From: an uncultured Verrucomicrobiae bacterium
Lineage (GTDB): Bacteria; Verrucomicrobiota; Verrucomicrobiia; Chthoniobacterales; UBA10450
Direction: 5' to 3'
Assembly: GCA_963726745.1 (NCBI GenBank)
Contig: CAVSDR010000003.1
Location: forward strand, 256,001 to 320,000
Length of the DNA: 64,000 nt
Position numbers and translations under genes: made by a program. Each line of letters starts with the position of its first letter. Positions within the stretch are counted from its first letter, which is position 1. Of the stretch, positions 40,001 through 51,184 are shown piece by piece. Below the pieces are notes generated by a model, which saw only the letters and a program-made list of their open reading frames with translations, did not search any database and had not been told where the DNA came from.

Positions 40001-42087
40001 ACGGTCGCGTCCTCGCGAGCTATTACGACACCCTCCTCGACCAGGCCTTCGGCAACTTCCGCACCTTGCTCGAGCAGGCGACGCTCACGCCGGCAATGGG
40101 CCTTTACCTCGACATGCGCGCAAACCAGAAAGGCAGCCTCCTGACCGGGCTGCACCCGAACGAAAACTACGCGCGCGAGATCATGCAGCTCTTCTCGTTA
40201 GGCTTAAACCGCCTCTGGCCCGATGGCTCGCTCGTGCTCGATTCGCAGGGCAACCTCATCCCGACCTACGACCAGGAGGTAATCAACGGCGTCGCCCGCG
40301 TCTTCACTGGCTGGAATTATAACCAGCCACTTCAGGGCAACGGCCGCCTCCCGACCGGCTTCAGCCCGGCGGCCAATTACATCGACCCGATGGTGCTGGT
40401 GCCCACCCGCCACGAACTTGGGACTAAGCGGGTGCTCGACCGCGTGGTCCTCCCGGCCGCGCGCGGCTACAGCCTAACGAGCAATCCACCAGCCGGCTCC
40501 GAGGCCAACCCCGACAACCCGGCCTTCGATACCTATTGCTTGAACGATCTTCAAAAGGCGCTCGCGAGCATGTTCAGCAACGCCAGCGTAGGCCCGTTTG
40601 TCTGCCGGCAGCTCATCCAAAGGCTCGTCAGCAGCAACCCCTCGCCCGCTTATCTCCAGCGCGTGGTCCAAAAATTCGAGGACGACGGCAGCGCGCAACA
40701 CCTCCGCGGAAACATGCAGGCGGTCATCCGCGCGATCCTGCTCGACGGCGAAGCCCGCGGGAACATCGTCAGCACCACCCAGGGAAAACAGCGCGAGCCG
40801 CTCCTGCGGATCACCGGTCCGGCGCGCGCCTTCCCCACCAGCGGGAACACCGGCAGCTTCACGCAAAGCGGCGGCCTGGCCATGACCATCACCACCGCGG
40901 CGCCGCATCTCCTGACCGGTGGCCAGGCAGTTGCGCTTGATTTTGCCAGCAACACGCCGGCGCCTTTCGACAATCCCACGAGCGGGAACTACGCCGTCCT
41001 GAGCAGCCCCGGGCCCACCGCCACCACCTTCACGGTCAACGCCACCGGCCTAACGAGCGCTGCCTACACCCAGGCGGCCAACTCGAACACGATCACCGTG
41101 ACCGTCACCAGCAGCACCAATCCGCCGGTGAACACCAAGCTTTACCTCCACCCGGTCAGCGGCGGCGCGCCTGGTGGCGTCTTCGTGGTTGCCGCGCAAA
41201 CCGACTCGACGCACTTCACCGTCGCGACTACGGAAAATCCGCCGCCCACGTCCGCCCGCAGCGGCACCTTCCTGATCCATCGCATGACTGCCGGGGAAGC
41301 GGTGCGCAACGCCGGCACGCCCGTCACTTCCACGATCACGCTGTCGACCTCCGCGAATCACAACCTGCAGGTGAACGACCCGGTCTGGATCGATTTCGCC
41401 AGCGCCTCCGGCTCCGTTAATGCCGATGGCCAATTCACCGTCAATAGCGTGGTCGACGAGGACCATTTCACCGTCGTGGTCCCAAACTCAACCATGACCC
41501 AGGAGACGATCAGCACCTCGACCGTTTTCCCGCTGCTCGCGCCGCCGCTGGTGCGCTCCGGCAGCGTGCGCTTCGAGCAGAGCAAGTTCGACGTCGGCTA
41601 CAGCAACAGCGATCTCACCCAGACCCCGCTCGGCTCGCCCACGGTCTTCAATTTCTTCTCGCCCGACTATCAATTTCCCGGCTCGCTCGCGGCCAATCAC
41701 GCCACCACGCCGGAGTTCCAGCTCACGACCGACACCAATGTGGTCACGCTCACAAACACCATCTCCTCCGCGATCCTCTCCTCCGGCAACACGAACGGCC
41801 TCACGAGTTACAAGGCGGGCGGGAACACGGTCACGATGGACCTGAGCGCCTACATGACCTCCGGCCAGACGTCGAACGCCGCCATCCCCGCGCTGGTCGA
41901 TAAATTAGCCGACCTCCTCACCGGCGGTCAGCTCGCCCCGGAAACCAAAACCGTGATCGTGAACTTCGTGGCCAACACGACCACCTTCCCGATGAGCGCC
42001 ACGCCCACGGCGACGCAGATGCGCGATCGCGTGCGCGCGGTGGTCCATCTCATCGTCACTTCGCCCGAGTACGCCATCCAGCGCTAG
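37017..42087 (+). CDS. Giant DUF1800-family protein with PA14, putative Ig and CHRD-like domains; frameshifts near 37755 and 39400
   Basis: DSDGDG repeats, TDDGVKLWVNG (PA14), LPPGLSLN..G.ISGTP (Ig), YINIHS.NYPAGEIRG (CHRD), ARFLNQATFG, DQLRQRVAFALSEI, PNENYAREIMQLF, SPEY. Confidence 0.85.
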
Positions 42088-42101
42088 CCGCCGCCCACTT
42101 C

Positions 42102-43685
42102 ATGGAACCGGAACACTTCTCCAGCTTCACCACCCGCCGGAAATTCCTCCGCCAGGCCGCTTGCGCCGCGCTCGGCACCGCCGCGCTCACTAACACCATT
42201 CGCGATCTGCGTTTCATCAATGCCGCGGTCGCCCAGACGCCGGCGGTCGATTACAAGGCGCTCGTCTGCATTTTCCTCTCCGGCGGGAACGACTCGAACA
42301 ATCTCTTCATTCCCACCGACCCGTCGGAATACGCCAGCTACGCCAGCATCCGCACGCCTGTGCTCGCGATCCCGAACAGCGACGGCAGCCCGGCGACTGC
42401 GCTCGCGCTCAACTCCCTAACGAGTGATGGCCACAGCTACGGCTTGCATCCGGCTTGCCGGGAATTGCAGGGGATGTTCAATGGCGCCCCGCTGGCGGTG
42501 AACGGCAACCCCAACGCCGGCCAGCTGGCGGCGCTCTTCAACACCGGCACCCTGGTCTACCCATTGACCAAGGCGCAGTATCAAAGCGGCAGCGTGGCCA
42601 AGCCGTCGCAGCTTTTCTCCCACAGCGACCAGGTCACGCAATGGCAGACCTCCATCCCCGACCGGCCGCCGACCACTGGCTGGGGCGGGCGTTGCGCCGA
42701 CCTGCTCGACACCATGAACCCGCGCAATGGCGGCGCCGCGGCCCTTTCGCTCGCGATCTCTCTCGCCGGGGCCAACACCTTCGAGGTCGGCGGCTTGGTT
42801 CAGCAATACTCCGTCTCGACCAACGGCGTCGTCGCCCTTTCCCTCCCCGGGCCGTCGCCGAGCGCGCGCCAGACGGCGATCAACAGCATCCTCGGGATCG
42901 ACGAGCTCCAGTCCAATCTCCTGGTGCAAAACTACGCCCTCGCGCTCGACCACTCGTTAGCCACCGGCTCCGCCCTCTCCACGGCGCTGGCTAATTCCCC
43001 GCTGCTCGCGAGCTACTTCAATCTGCCGGCTAATTTTCCCAGCATCACCGTCCCGAACGGCGGCCCCACGATCAATAACTCCAGCCTCATGGCCCAGCTT
43101 AAGATGGTCGCGCGGATCATCGACGCCGGCTATCGCGACGTCGCCGCCGGCGGCCTCGGGATGAAGCGGCAGATTTTCTTTTGCCAGGTCGGCGGCTACG
43201 ACACCCACACCGCGCAGACGAACAATGCTGGTGTGCAGACGCCCACGCCCGCCCAGGTGATCCTCGGTTCGCAGGCCAATCTCCTGGCCGAGCTCAGCCA
43301 ATCGATGAATGCCTTCCAGGCCGCGATGCACAAGATCGGCACGCAATACAACGACACCGATTTCGAGAAGCGCGTGACCGCTTTCACCAACAGCGATTTC
43401 GGCCGCACCTTCCCGAGCAACGCGCTCGGGAGCGACCACGGCTGGGGCAGCCATCACCTCGTCATGGGCGGCGCGGTCAAGGGCCAGCGCACCTACGGCA
43501 CCTGGCCCACGCTCGCGGTCGGCGGCCCGGACGACACCAGCACCGGCCGCTGGATTCCGACGACTTCGGTCGATCAATTCGCCGCCACCCTCGCGAAATG
43601 GTTCGGCGTCACGAGCACGCAAATGGGCACCGTCTTTCCGAATTTGAATCGCTTCGCCGTGCCCGATCTCGGCTTCATGAGTTAA
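42102..43685 (+). CDS. DUF1501-family Tat-exported protein
   Basis: TRRKFL Tat motif; YKALVCIFLSGGNDS, LFSHSDQ, GGYDTH, SDFGRT, GSDHGWG. Confidence 0.9.
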   Translation: MEPEHFSSFTTRRKFLRQAACAALGTAALTNTIRDLRFINAAVAQTPAVDYKALVCIFLSGGNDSNNLFIPTDPSEYASYASIRTPVLAIPNSDGSPATALALNSLTSDGHSYGLHPACRELQGMFNGAPLAVNGNPNAGQLAALFNTGTLVYPLTKAQYQSGSVAKPSQLFSHSDQVTQWQTSIPDRPPTTGWGGRCADLLDTMNPRNGGAAALSLAISLAGANTFEVGGLVQQYSVSTNGVVALSLPGPSPSARQTAINSILGIDELQSNLLVQNYALALDHSLATGSALSTALANSPLLASYFNLPANFPSITVPNGGPTINNSSLMAQLKMVARIIDAGYRDVAAGGLGMKRQIFFCQVGGYDTHTAQTNNAGVQTPTPAQVILGSQANLLAELSQSMNAFQAAMHKIGTQYNDTDFEKRVTAFTNSDFGRTFPSNALGSDHGWGSHHLVMGGAVKGQRTYGTWPTLAVGGPDDTSTGRWIPTTSVDQFAATLAKWFGVTSTQMGTVFPNLNRFAVPDLGFMS

Positions 43686-44231
43686 ATGCGCCGCCGACAT
43701 TTCGTTCTCCTGGCGCTTCTCCTCCTCTCGTTAGGGGCGATCGACTTCTGGTTCACCCACCGGAAAGCGACGCCCTCGGCGGTGCCGCTCGGCGCCTCGC
43801 CTAACGAATCCTCGCCCACGCCTGCATCAGCGCAGCCATCCTCCACCGGCGGCGCCTCTCGCTTCATCACCCCCACGGCCACGCCCGTCCCGACAGTGCC
43901 CCTGGCCCCAGCGATGACACCGGCTCCTCCGGACGCCGCGGCCCTGCTCGAAGCCGACAAGGTCTCCCTGATGATCCGCGATTACCGCACGATCGCGGGC
44001 GAGAACCCGGTTGGGACCAACGCCGAGATCATGGCCGCGATCATGGGCGGTAATCCGAAACAGGCCAAACTGGGTCCGCCCGAAGGCATGTCGCTCAACC
44101 AACAAGGCGAGCTGATCGATCGTTGGGGCATGCCCTATTTCTTCCACCAGCTTTCCAAGACGCACATGGAAATCCGTTCCGCCGGTCCCGACAAAATCAT
44201 GGGCACCGACGACGATGTCCTCATTCGTTAG
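43686..44231 (+). CDS. Membrane-anchored hypothetical protein with GspG-like C-terminal motif
   Basis: TM helix, Pro/Thr linker, DRWG.PY and SAGPD motifs. Confidence 0.65.
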   Translation: MRRRHFVLLALLLLSLGAIDFWFTHRKATPSAVPLGASPNESSPTPASAQPSSTGGASRFITPTATPVPTVPLAPAMTPAPPDAAALLEADKVSLMIRDYRTIAGENPVGTNAEIMAAIMGGNPKQAKLGPPEGMSLNQQGELIDRWGMPYFFHQLSKTHMEIRSAGPDKIMGTDDDVLIR

Positions 44232-46210
44232 GGCGATTGCTGCCAGAGCGCCTGGAAGCGCGGGTCGTCGCGCACTCGATCCCAGAACGGATCGAGTTTT
44301 AGAAAAGCCGGGGTGAGCGCTTCCGCCGCCGTGGCAGTCAGCGCATGCTTGAGCAAAGGCAGCGCGCGGTCGAAATCGCCCAGCGCCGTGTAAGCGCGCG
44401 CGGCCGCTTCGTCCTCATTCGGAAGGGCCCACAGATCGGCGCGGATTAATTCCCGGTTGGCCTGCAGGACTCGCTCCACTTCCTCGCGGTGACCGAGAAG
44501 GGCTTCCGTCATCGCGTAGGCGTCCGCGAGGAGCAGGCCATCGTCGCCCTGCGCGCGCAACGTCTTGAACTCTGCCGCGGCCTGCTCGAGGAGCGCGCGC
44601 GCTTTCTCTGTCTCGCCTTGCGCGAGGCGAAAATGGGCGGTCGTGAGCCGCGCGATGCCGCGGAAAACAGGCGGCGTCTCCGGCGCGCTCTGCAAGCCCT
44701 GCTCGAGAAAGGCCTCTGCTTCCTCGAAGCGCCGCTGAAAAATCAGAAGGAGGAGCTGGAAGCCAAAACCGCGGTCGCTCGGAAGAAACTTGAGGTCCTT
44801 CACCAGGGCCGCCGCGGTCGTGACGTCGCCCTGCGCCAGATAAGTTTCCGCCTTCTGCCCAATAATCTCGGGGTCGTTAGGCGCAGTTGCCAAGGCGCGA
44901 TCGAACATCGCCCGCGCCTCATCAAACTTGCGCTGCCCGCGGTAGCTCCGCGCCAGGTTCACCCAGAGATCCTGGTTCAACGGATCGAGCTTCGTCGCCG
45001 CCAGCTGCGACGCGATCGACTCGTCGAAATTCCCCTGCCGCCGCTGCACCAGTCCGGTCCAGAGCAGGACGTTGGCGTCGTTCGGCGAGAGTTCGCGGGC
45101 GCGCTTCAACTCGGCCAGCGCGCGGTCCCAGTCGCGCAGGCAGTAGTATTGATAGGCGCCCATCGCGAGGTGCGCCTCGGTCGTATCGGGACCGAGCCGG
45201 ACCGCCGTCTCCGCCGCCTGCCGGACCCGCGCGAGCTGCGCCTCCGTGTGATTGGGAAAGAAATATTGCTGCGCCTCCGCGATCGCGAGCAGCGACCAGG
45301 CTTCGAGGTAATTCGGATCCAGCGCAACCGCGCGCCGGCTGAGCGCGACCAGCTTTTCCTCGTTCGCCTGCCCCTGCGCATGCGAGATCGCGAGCGCCTG
45401 CAAATAAACATCGTAGGCCTGCGGATTCTTCGTCCCCCCGGCCTTCATCGCCTGCATCTCGCGCCCGGTCAGCTTGGCTTCCAAAGTGCCGGCAATTCTC
45501 TGCGCGATCTCGCTTTCGACTTTGAAAATATCCATCAAATCGCGGTCGTAGGTTTCCGCCCAGAGATGCGAGTCGTTCAGCGCGTTGATCAACTGCACGG
45601 TCACGCGCACCTGCCCGGCGGATTTCTGCACGCTCCCCTCGAGCACATGGGTCACCCCGAGCTGCTGCGCGATCTCGCGCAGGTTTTCCGGGGCGCTTTT
45701 GTATTTCTGGGTCGAGGTGCGCGAGATCACTTTCAGGTCGGCCACCTTGGAAAGGCGCGTCAGGATTTCATCCTGGATGCCGTCGGCAAAATAAGCGTTC
45801 GCCTTGTCCTCGCTGAGCGATTCGAAGGGCAGGACCGCGATCGATTTAGCCGGCGTCGCTCCCTGCTTCTCCGGCGCGCTGTAGCGCCCGGCAAAGAACA
45901 GGCCTAACGAGAGCAAAGCTCCCACGACCGCCACGTAGATCCAGGCGTGACTCCGCTTCCGCTCCGGGAGCGCTTCGGCCGCTTCCGTGCGCTTGATTCC
46001 TTCCGGCGTGAGCTCAAAGGCCCACGCGATCACGAGCGCAACCGGGAAGCCCAGCGCGAGCAGGACGATCACCAGCCGGATAATCCAATCCGGAATCTGC
46101 AGGAACGGGAAGACCTGCGTCGCCACCTGGATGAGGAGCCATGCGACCACCGCGTAGGCCACCGCGACCTTGTAGACATTCCGCCGCTTTAGTTCCTCGA
46201 AAAACCTCAT
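44228..46210 (-). CDS. TolB-like/FlgO-type + TPR membrane protein
   Basis: ELKRRNVYK, KSIAVLPFESLS, TPR repeats; paralog of 34881..36914. Confidence 0.85.
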   Translation of the reverse strand: MRFFEELKRRNVYKVAVAYAVVAWLLIQVATQVFPFLQIPDWIIRLVIVLLALGFPVALVIAWAFELTPEGIKRTEAAEALPERKRSHAWIYVAVVGALLSLGLFFAGRYSAPEKQGATPAKSIAVLPFESLSEDKANAYFADGIQDEILTRLSKVADLKVISRTSTQKYKSAPENLREIAQQLGVTHVLEGSVQKSAGQVRVTVQLINALNDSHLWAETYDRDLMDIFKVESEIAQRIAGTLEAKLTGREMQAMKAGGTKNPQAYDVYLQALAISHAQGQANEEKLVALSRRAVALDPNYLEAWSLLAIAEAQQYFFPNHTEAQLARVRQAAETAVRLGPDTTEAHLAMGAYQYYCLRDWDRALAELKRARELSPNDANVLLWTGLVQRRQGNFDESIASQLAATKLDPLNQDLWVNLARSYRGQRKFDEARAMFDRALATAPNDPEIIGQKAETYLAQGDVTTAAALVKDLKFLPSDRGFGFQLLLLIFQRRFEEAEAFLEQGLQSAPETPPVFRGIARLTTAHFRLAQGETEKARALLEQAAAEFKTLRAQGDDGLLLADAYAMTEALLGHREEVERVLQANRELIRADLWALPNEDEAAARAYTALGDFDRALPLLKHALTATAAEALTPAFLKLDPFWDRVRDDPRFQALWQQSP

Positions 46211-48183
46211 GGCTGCGACTCGAGCAGTTTTTGAAACTGCGGTTCGTTTCGCAACGGATCCCACAGCGGATCAGAGCGCAACGCCGCCACCGTGAGCGGG
46301 ATTTCCGCGGGCGTGTGCAGCAGCTCCGCCACGCTCGCCAGCGCGGCCGCTTTCTCACCGAGGTGCGCGCGCGCGAGCGCGATCTCCGTGCGAAGAGCGG
46401 CGCCTTGCAGCGCGTCGTGCCGGATGTTCTCGGCCACCTCCGCGACCAGCGCTTCCAGCTTGTCTTTCTCCTGGAGAAAGCCGGCCAAGTCGATCAGGAG
46501 GGCGGTCGTCCACGGATTCGGACCATGCTGCGCGCGCAAGGTGGTCAGCTCCTCCTGCGCCGCGGAGAGTGCCGTCTGGACGGGCTCGCCCGCCAGGCTC
46601 TGCGCGATCGCCAATTCCGCACGGTAATTAGCGGCTACCGCCGGGGCCAGCTGCCCGGCCGCGGCCAGGGTGCGCTGCAAAATCCCGATGCCTTCCGCAA
46701 ATTGCCGCTGCCAAAACCGATGGCGCACCAGCGTCATCACCACCATCGTTTCGCGCGCGTCGAACCGAACCTGGCCTAACAAGTCGCCCGCGGCCGCAAA
46801 GTCTCCCTGCGCCAGGTGCAACGAAGCCTTCTGCGCCAGCAGTTCGGAGTTGCCCGGCTCGATCAGGAGAGCGCGATCCAGCAGCGGAAACGCTTCCGCG
46901 AACCGCCGCAACGCGCCATAAGTCAGCGCCGCTTCCGAGAGAAGGATCGGGTTGCGCGGGTCCAGCTCGAGCGACTGCGCGTGCAGCTGAAGCGTGTCCT
47001 CCCAGCGGCCCTGGCGGCGCTTCACATAAGCGGAGAACTCGATCGCCATCACTCGATTGGCCAGGCGATCGCGCGCTTTCTCGAAACTCTCCAGCGCGCG
47101 GTCGAAATCGCGCAGGACCTTGTAGCGATACATTCCTTGCGCCAGCCAGACTTCGCCCAGGTCCGGCTGCAATTCCTGCGCGCGGTCGAGCGCCCGTTTC
47201 GCCTCCGCGGCTCGTGCCGGCGTGGAATCGAAGGCGGTGTACTTGAAAGACTGCACCACCGCGAGGTAAGCCCAGCCGAGCGCGAAGTTCGGATCGAGCT
47301 CCACCGCGCGCGCGAAATAGTCCGCCGTCTGATCCACTTCATCGAGCGACTGCGTGAAGCGATTCCAGAGCACGAGTCCGCGCAGGTAGGCATCGTAGGC
47401 CGCGGGATTATCCGTCGGGTGCGCCGTGACCGCTTCCTCCTCGCGGCCGGAAAGTTTCAAGCGCAGCGCCTTGGCCACGTTGGCGGCGATGTCGCTCTGC
47501 ACGCTGAAGATGTCGGTTAATTTCCGATCGTAAACTTCCGCCCACACGTGGTCGTCCGTCTCCGCGTGGATCAGCTGCACGTTGACCCGCACCTGCGTGC
47601 CCGCCTTCTGCACGCTCCCTTCCAGGACGTGGGCCACTTTTAATTGCCGCGCGATTTCCGGGATGTTTTCCGGCGAACTCTTGTAACGCAGCACCGAGGT
47701 GCGCGAGATGACTTTCAAGCCGTCGATCTTAGCCAGCCGGCTGAGGATTTCGTCCTGGATGCCGTCGGCAAAATAGGCGTTCGCCCGGTCTTCGCTCCGG
47801 TTCTCAAACGGCAGGACGGCGATCGACTTTTGCGGAATCGAGCCAGCTTCCGGCGCCGGGATGGCGGAGGCCGCCGGCCCGTGCGTCTCCCGGGCGTAGC
47901 GCCAGAGGAAACCGCCGCCTAACGAGAGCAAAAGCGCGAGGATCACGAGCTCGATTCCGCTCACGCGCTGCGCCCCGCGTTCGCCGTGATACCAGGCGAG
48001 CACGAGCGTGATCACGAAACCGACGCAGGTCGCGATGATCAGGGCGCGCTCGATCAGGTCCGGCCAGCCGAAACGTTGCGCGACGATGTCCACGCCCTGC
48101 AGCAACGCGAACGCCGCGGCGGCGTAGGCGACGGCCCATTGCACCAGCTTGCGCTGCTTCAGCCGTTCGAAAAAGGCGTTCAT
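46207..48183 (-). CDS. TolB-like/FlgO-type + TPR membrane protein
   Basis: LKQRKLVQW, KSIAVLPFENRS, TPR repeats. Confidence 0.85.
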   Translation of the reverse strand: MNAFFERLKQRKLVQWAVAYAAAAFALLQGVDIVAQRFGWPDLIERALIIATCVGFVITLVLAWYHGERGAQRVSGIELVILALLLSLGGGFLWRYARETHGPAASAIPAPEAGSIPQKSIAVLPFENRSEDRANAYFADGIQDEILSRLAKIDGLKVISRTSVLRYKSSPENIPEIARQLKVAHVLEGSVQKAGTQVRVNVQLIHAETDDHVWAEVYDRKLTDIFSVQSDIAANVAKALRLKLSGREEEAVTAHPTDNPAAYDAYLRGLVLWNRFTQSLDEVDQTADYFARAVELDPNFALGWAYLAVVQSFKYTAFDSTPARAAEAKRALDRAQELQPDLGEVWLAQGMYRYKVLRDFDRALESFEKARDRLANRVMAIEFSAYVKRRQGRWEDTLQLHAQSLELDPRNPILLSEAALTYGALRRFAEAFPLLDRALLIEPGNSELLAQKASLHLAQGDFAAAGDLLGQVRFDARETMVVMTLVRHRFWQRQFAEGIGILQRTLAAAGQLAPAVAANYRAELAIAQSLAGEPVQTALSAAQEELTTLRAQHGPNPWTTALLIDLAGFLQEKDKLEALVAEVAENIRHDALQGAALRTEIALARAHLGEKAAALASVAELLHTPAEIPLTVAALRSDPLWDPLRNEPQFQKLLESQP

Positions 48184-48219
48184 TGCCCGCCGTCGCAGAC
48201 TACCATGAGCCGCACGGTA

Positions 48220-48911
48220 TCAGAACGTCCCCTTCGAACGCAGGGGAAACTGCAGGCTCGCCAGCGCCGCGGGTAGCTCGGTCAGGTGCTGAATGACTGC
48301 ATCTGCGCCCAAGGCCTCTGCCGGACGGTCGCGGAAACCGAAGCTCACTGCCACGCAGGGCAACCCCGCCGCTCGCGCCGTTTCCACATCATAATCGAGT
48401 CGCCTACGAGCACCGCCGACCCGCCGCCGGCGCGGCGGACCGCTTCAAGCAGAGGCGCCGGGTTCGGCTTGCGCACCGCGAGCGTGTCGCCGCCGATCAC
48501 ACTGGCGAAAACGCTCCCCCAGCCCATGGCCGCGAGGAGCAAATGCGTGTGCGCTTCCGGCTTGTTCGTGCAGATCGCCAGCCGCATCCCGGCCTCGCGC
48601 AATTGCTCGAGCGTTTCGCGCGCGCCTTCGTAAATGCGGCTCCCATCCGCGATATGCGCGGCGTAGTTTTCCAGGAAAATAGGCAGCGCTTTCTCCACCA
48701 GCGCGGGGCTGGAATCGCCGGTGGCGCAAAGGCCGCGGTCGAGCAGCACGCGCACGCCGGACCCGACCATTTGCCGCACGACCGCGGAAGGAAGTTCCAC
48801 GCGCCCGAATGCGCGCAGGACAAAATTCAGCGCGCTCGTCAGGTCGGGCGAGCTGTCGACCAAAGTGCCGTCTAAATCGAAGACGACCACGTCGTAAGGA
48901 ACGGTTTTCAT
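48220..48911 (-). CDS. gph: HAD phosphatase (phosphoglycolate phosphatase-like), frameshift near 48393
   Basis: [24 protein letters not shown]; shifted frame gives [13 protein letters not shown]..stop at 48220. Confidence 0.8.
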
Positions 48912-48971
48912 GCGCCGGAAAAGCAGGTGCGGACAGATAGTCGAAGACCCCCGCAGATGCTACCGTCTCCG

Positions 48972-51180
48972 ATGCCGTTCGAGCTCGAGTCAAACTACAC
49001 CCCGCGCGGGGACCAGGGGCAGGCGATTGCGAAGCTGCTCAAGTCGCTCGAAGCCGGCAATCGCCACCAGACGCTCCTCGGCGTGACCGGCTCGGGCAAG
49101 ACCTTCACGATGGCGAATGTGATCAAGGAACTCGAGCGCCCGACCTTGATCATCTCGCATAACAAAACGCTCGCGGCCCAGCTTTACTCGGAGTTCAAGC
49201 AATTCTTCCCGCGGAATGCGGTGGAGTATTTCGTGAGCTACTTCGATTACTACCAGCCGGAGGCTTACATCCCGCGCTCCGATACCTACATCGAGAAGGA
49301 CTCCTCGATTAACGAAGAGATCGAGCGCCTTCGCCTCGCGGCCACGAGCGCGCTGCTTTCGCGGCGCGACGTCATCGTCGTCGCGAGCGTCTCCTGCATC
49401 TACGGCGTGACCTCGCCGGAGGATTACCTGCGCATGCTCCTGACGGTGAAGAAGGGCCAGCAAATCTCGCGGGAAGCGGTCCTCGGCCGGCTAGTCGACA
49501 TGCTCTATGGGCGAAACGACATCGAGTTTGCCCGCGGAAAATTCCGGGTGCGCGGCGACGTGGTCGAGGTTTATCCCGCGACCGCCGACGAGGAGGCGAT
49601 CCGGCTGGAGTTTTTTGGCGACGAGATCGACGCGATCACGCGTTTCGATCCCCTCACCGGCCAGGCGCGCGAGCAGCTGGGCGTGATCACTTTCTTTCCG
49701 GCGAAGCAGTTCGTCACCCCAGCCGACAAATTGAACCGGGCGCTTTCCTCCATTCGGAACGAGCTCGAGCACCGGATCATCGAGCTGGAATCGCAAAGCC
49801 GCCTGCTCGAGGCGCAGCGCTTGAAAATGCGCACGGAATACGACCTCGAGATGCTCCAGGAGATGGGCTTCTGCAACGGGATCGAGAACTACTCGCGCCA
49901 TCTCTCCGGCCGCATGCCGGGGTCGAAGCCGTTCACGCTCCTCGACTTTTTCCCAAAGGATTACTTGTTAGTCATCGATGAATCGCACGCCACCATTCCG
50001 CAGATCGGCGGGATGTATGAAGGCGACAAGTCGCGCAAAACCGTCCTCGTGGAATACGGCTTCCGGCTCCCGAGCGCGCTCGATAACCGTCCGCTGAACT
50101 TCAAGGAGTTCATGGGCTCGACCAACCAGCTCGCCTATGTCAGCGCCACGCCGGCGGAGTTTGAGATCAAGAACAGCATCGTCGGCAACACCGGCTATTT
50201 CCCGCACAAGCGCGAGCGCATCGGCCAGGACGAGGAAGTGCCGTTCCTCCTCCCGGGCAAGACCACGGCGACGGTTGTGAGCCGGACGGACGACCCGCCG
50301 GAGAAGTTCGACACGCAGCACGCCGGGCGCGCCATTGGTGGTCGAGCAGATCATTCGGCCGACGGGATTGCTCGACCCGAAGATCACGCTCAAGGAATTG
50401 AAGAACCAGATCGACGAGACGATCGAGCTTTGCCGGCAGCGGGTGGAAGTGCAGGAGCGCGTCCTCGTGACCACCTTGACGAAACGCACCGCGGAAGACC
50501 TCTCCGATTACCTGCGCGATGTCGGCCTGAAAGTGCGCTATCTCCACAGCGACATCGACACGATCGAGCGCGTGGAAATTCTCCGTTCCCTGCGCGCGGG
50601 CGACTTCGATATTCTCGTCGGGATCAATCTCCTGCGCGAAGGCCTCGACCTGCCCGAGGTCTCGTTAGTCTGCATTCTCGATGCGGACAAGGAAGGCTTC
50701 CTGCGCTCGCAGACTTCGCTCATCCAGACCGCCGGTCGCGCCGCGCGCCACGTGAACGGCGAGGTCGTGCTCTTCGCCGACACGGTCACGCAAAGCATGC
50801 AGGCCTTGATCTCGATCAGCGATTACCGCCGGACGAAGCAGATGGAGTACAACGAGAAGCACGGGATCACGCCCACGACGGTGAAGCGCGCGATCCAGGA
50901 GAGCTTGCACACGATTTTGAAAGGTCGCGAAATTGCCGCCTCGGTGGTGCAGGAAGCAGGCGGCGATTTCAACCTCACCGAGCTCCTGCGCGAGCTCGAG
51001 GACGACATGCAGAGAGCGTCGGCTAATTTGGAATTCGAACGCGCGGCGCTCCTGCGCGACCAGATCCTGGAAGTGAAAAACGGCACCGGCCTTTCGAAGA
51101 TCGAGCCGAAGCGCAAACCGGTGAAATACTCCGCGCGCGGCGGCGGCGGCACTCCGCGCCGGCGCGGCTCGCGCGTCTAG
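48972..51180 (+). CDS. uvrB: Excinuclease ABC subunit B, frameshift near 50320
   Basis: [30 protein letters not shown]; second frame [39 protein letters not shown]. Confidence 0.95.
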
Positions 51181-51184
51181 CACC

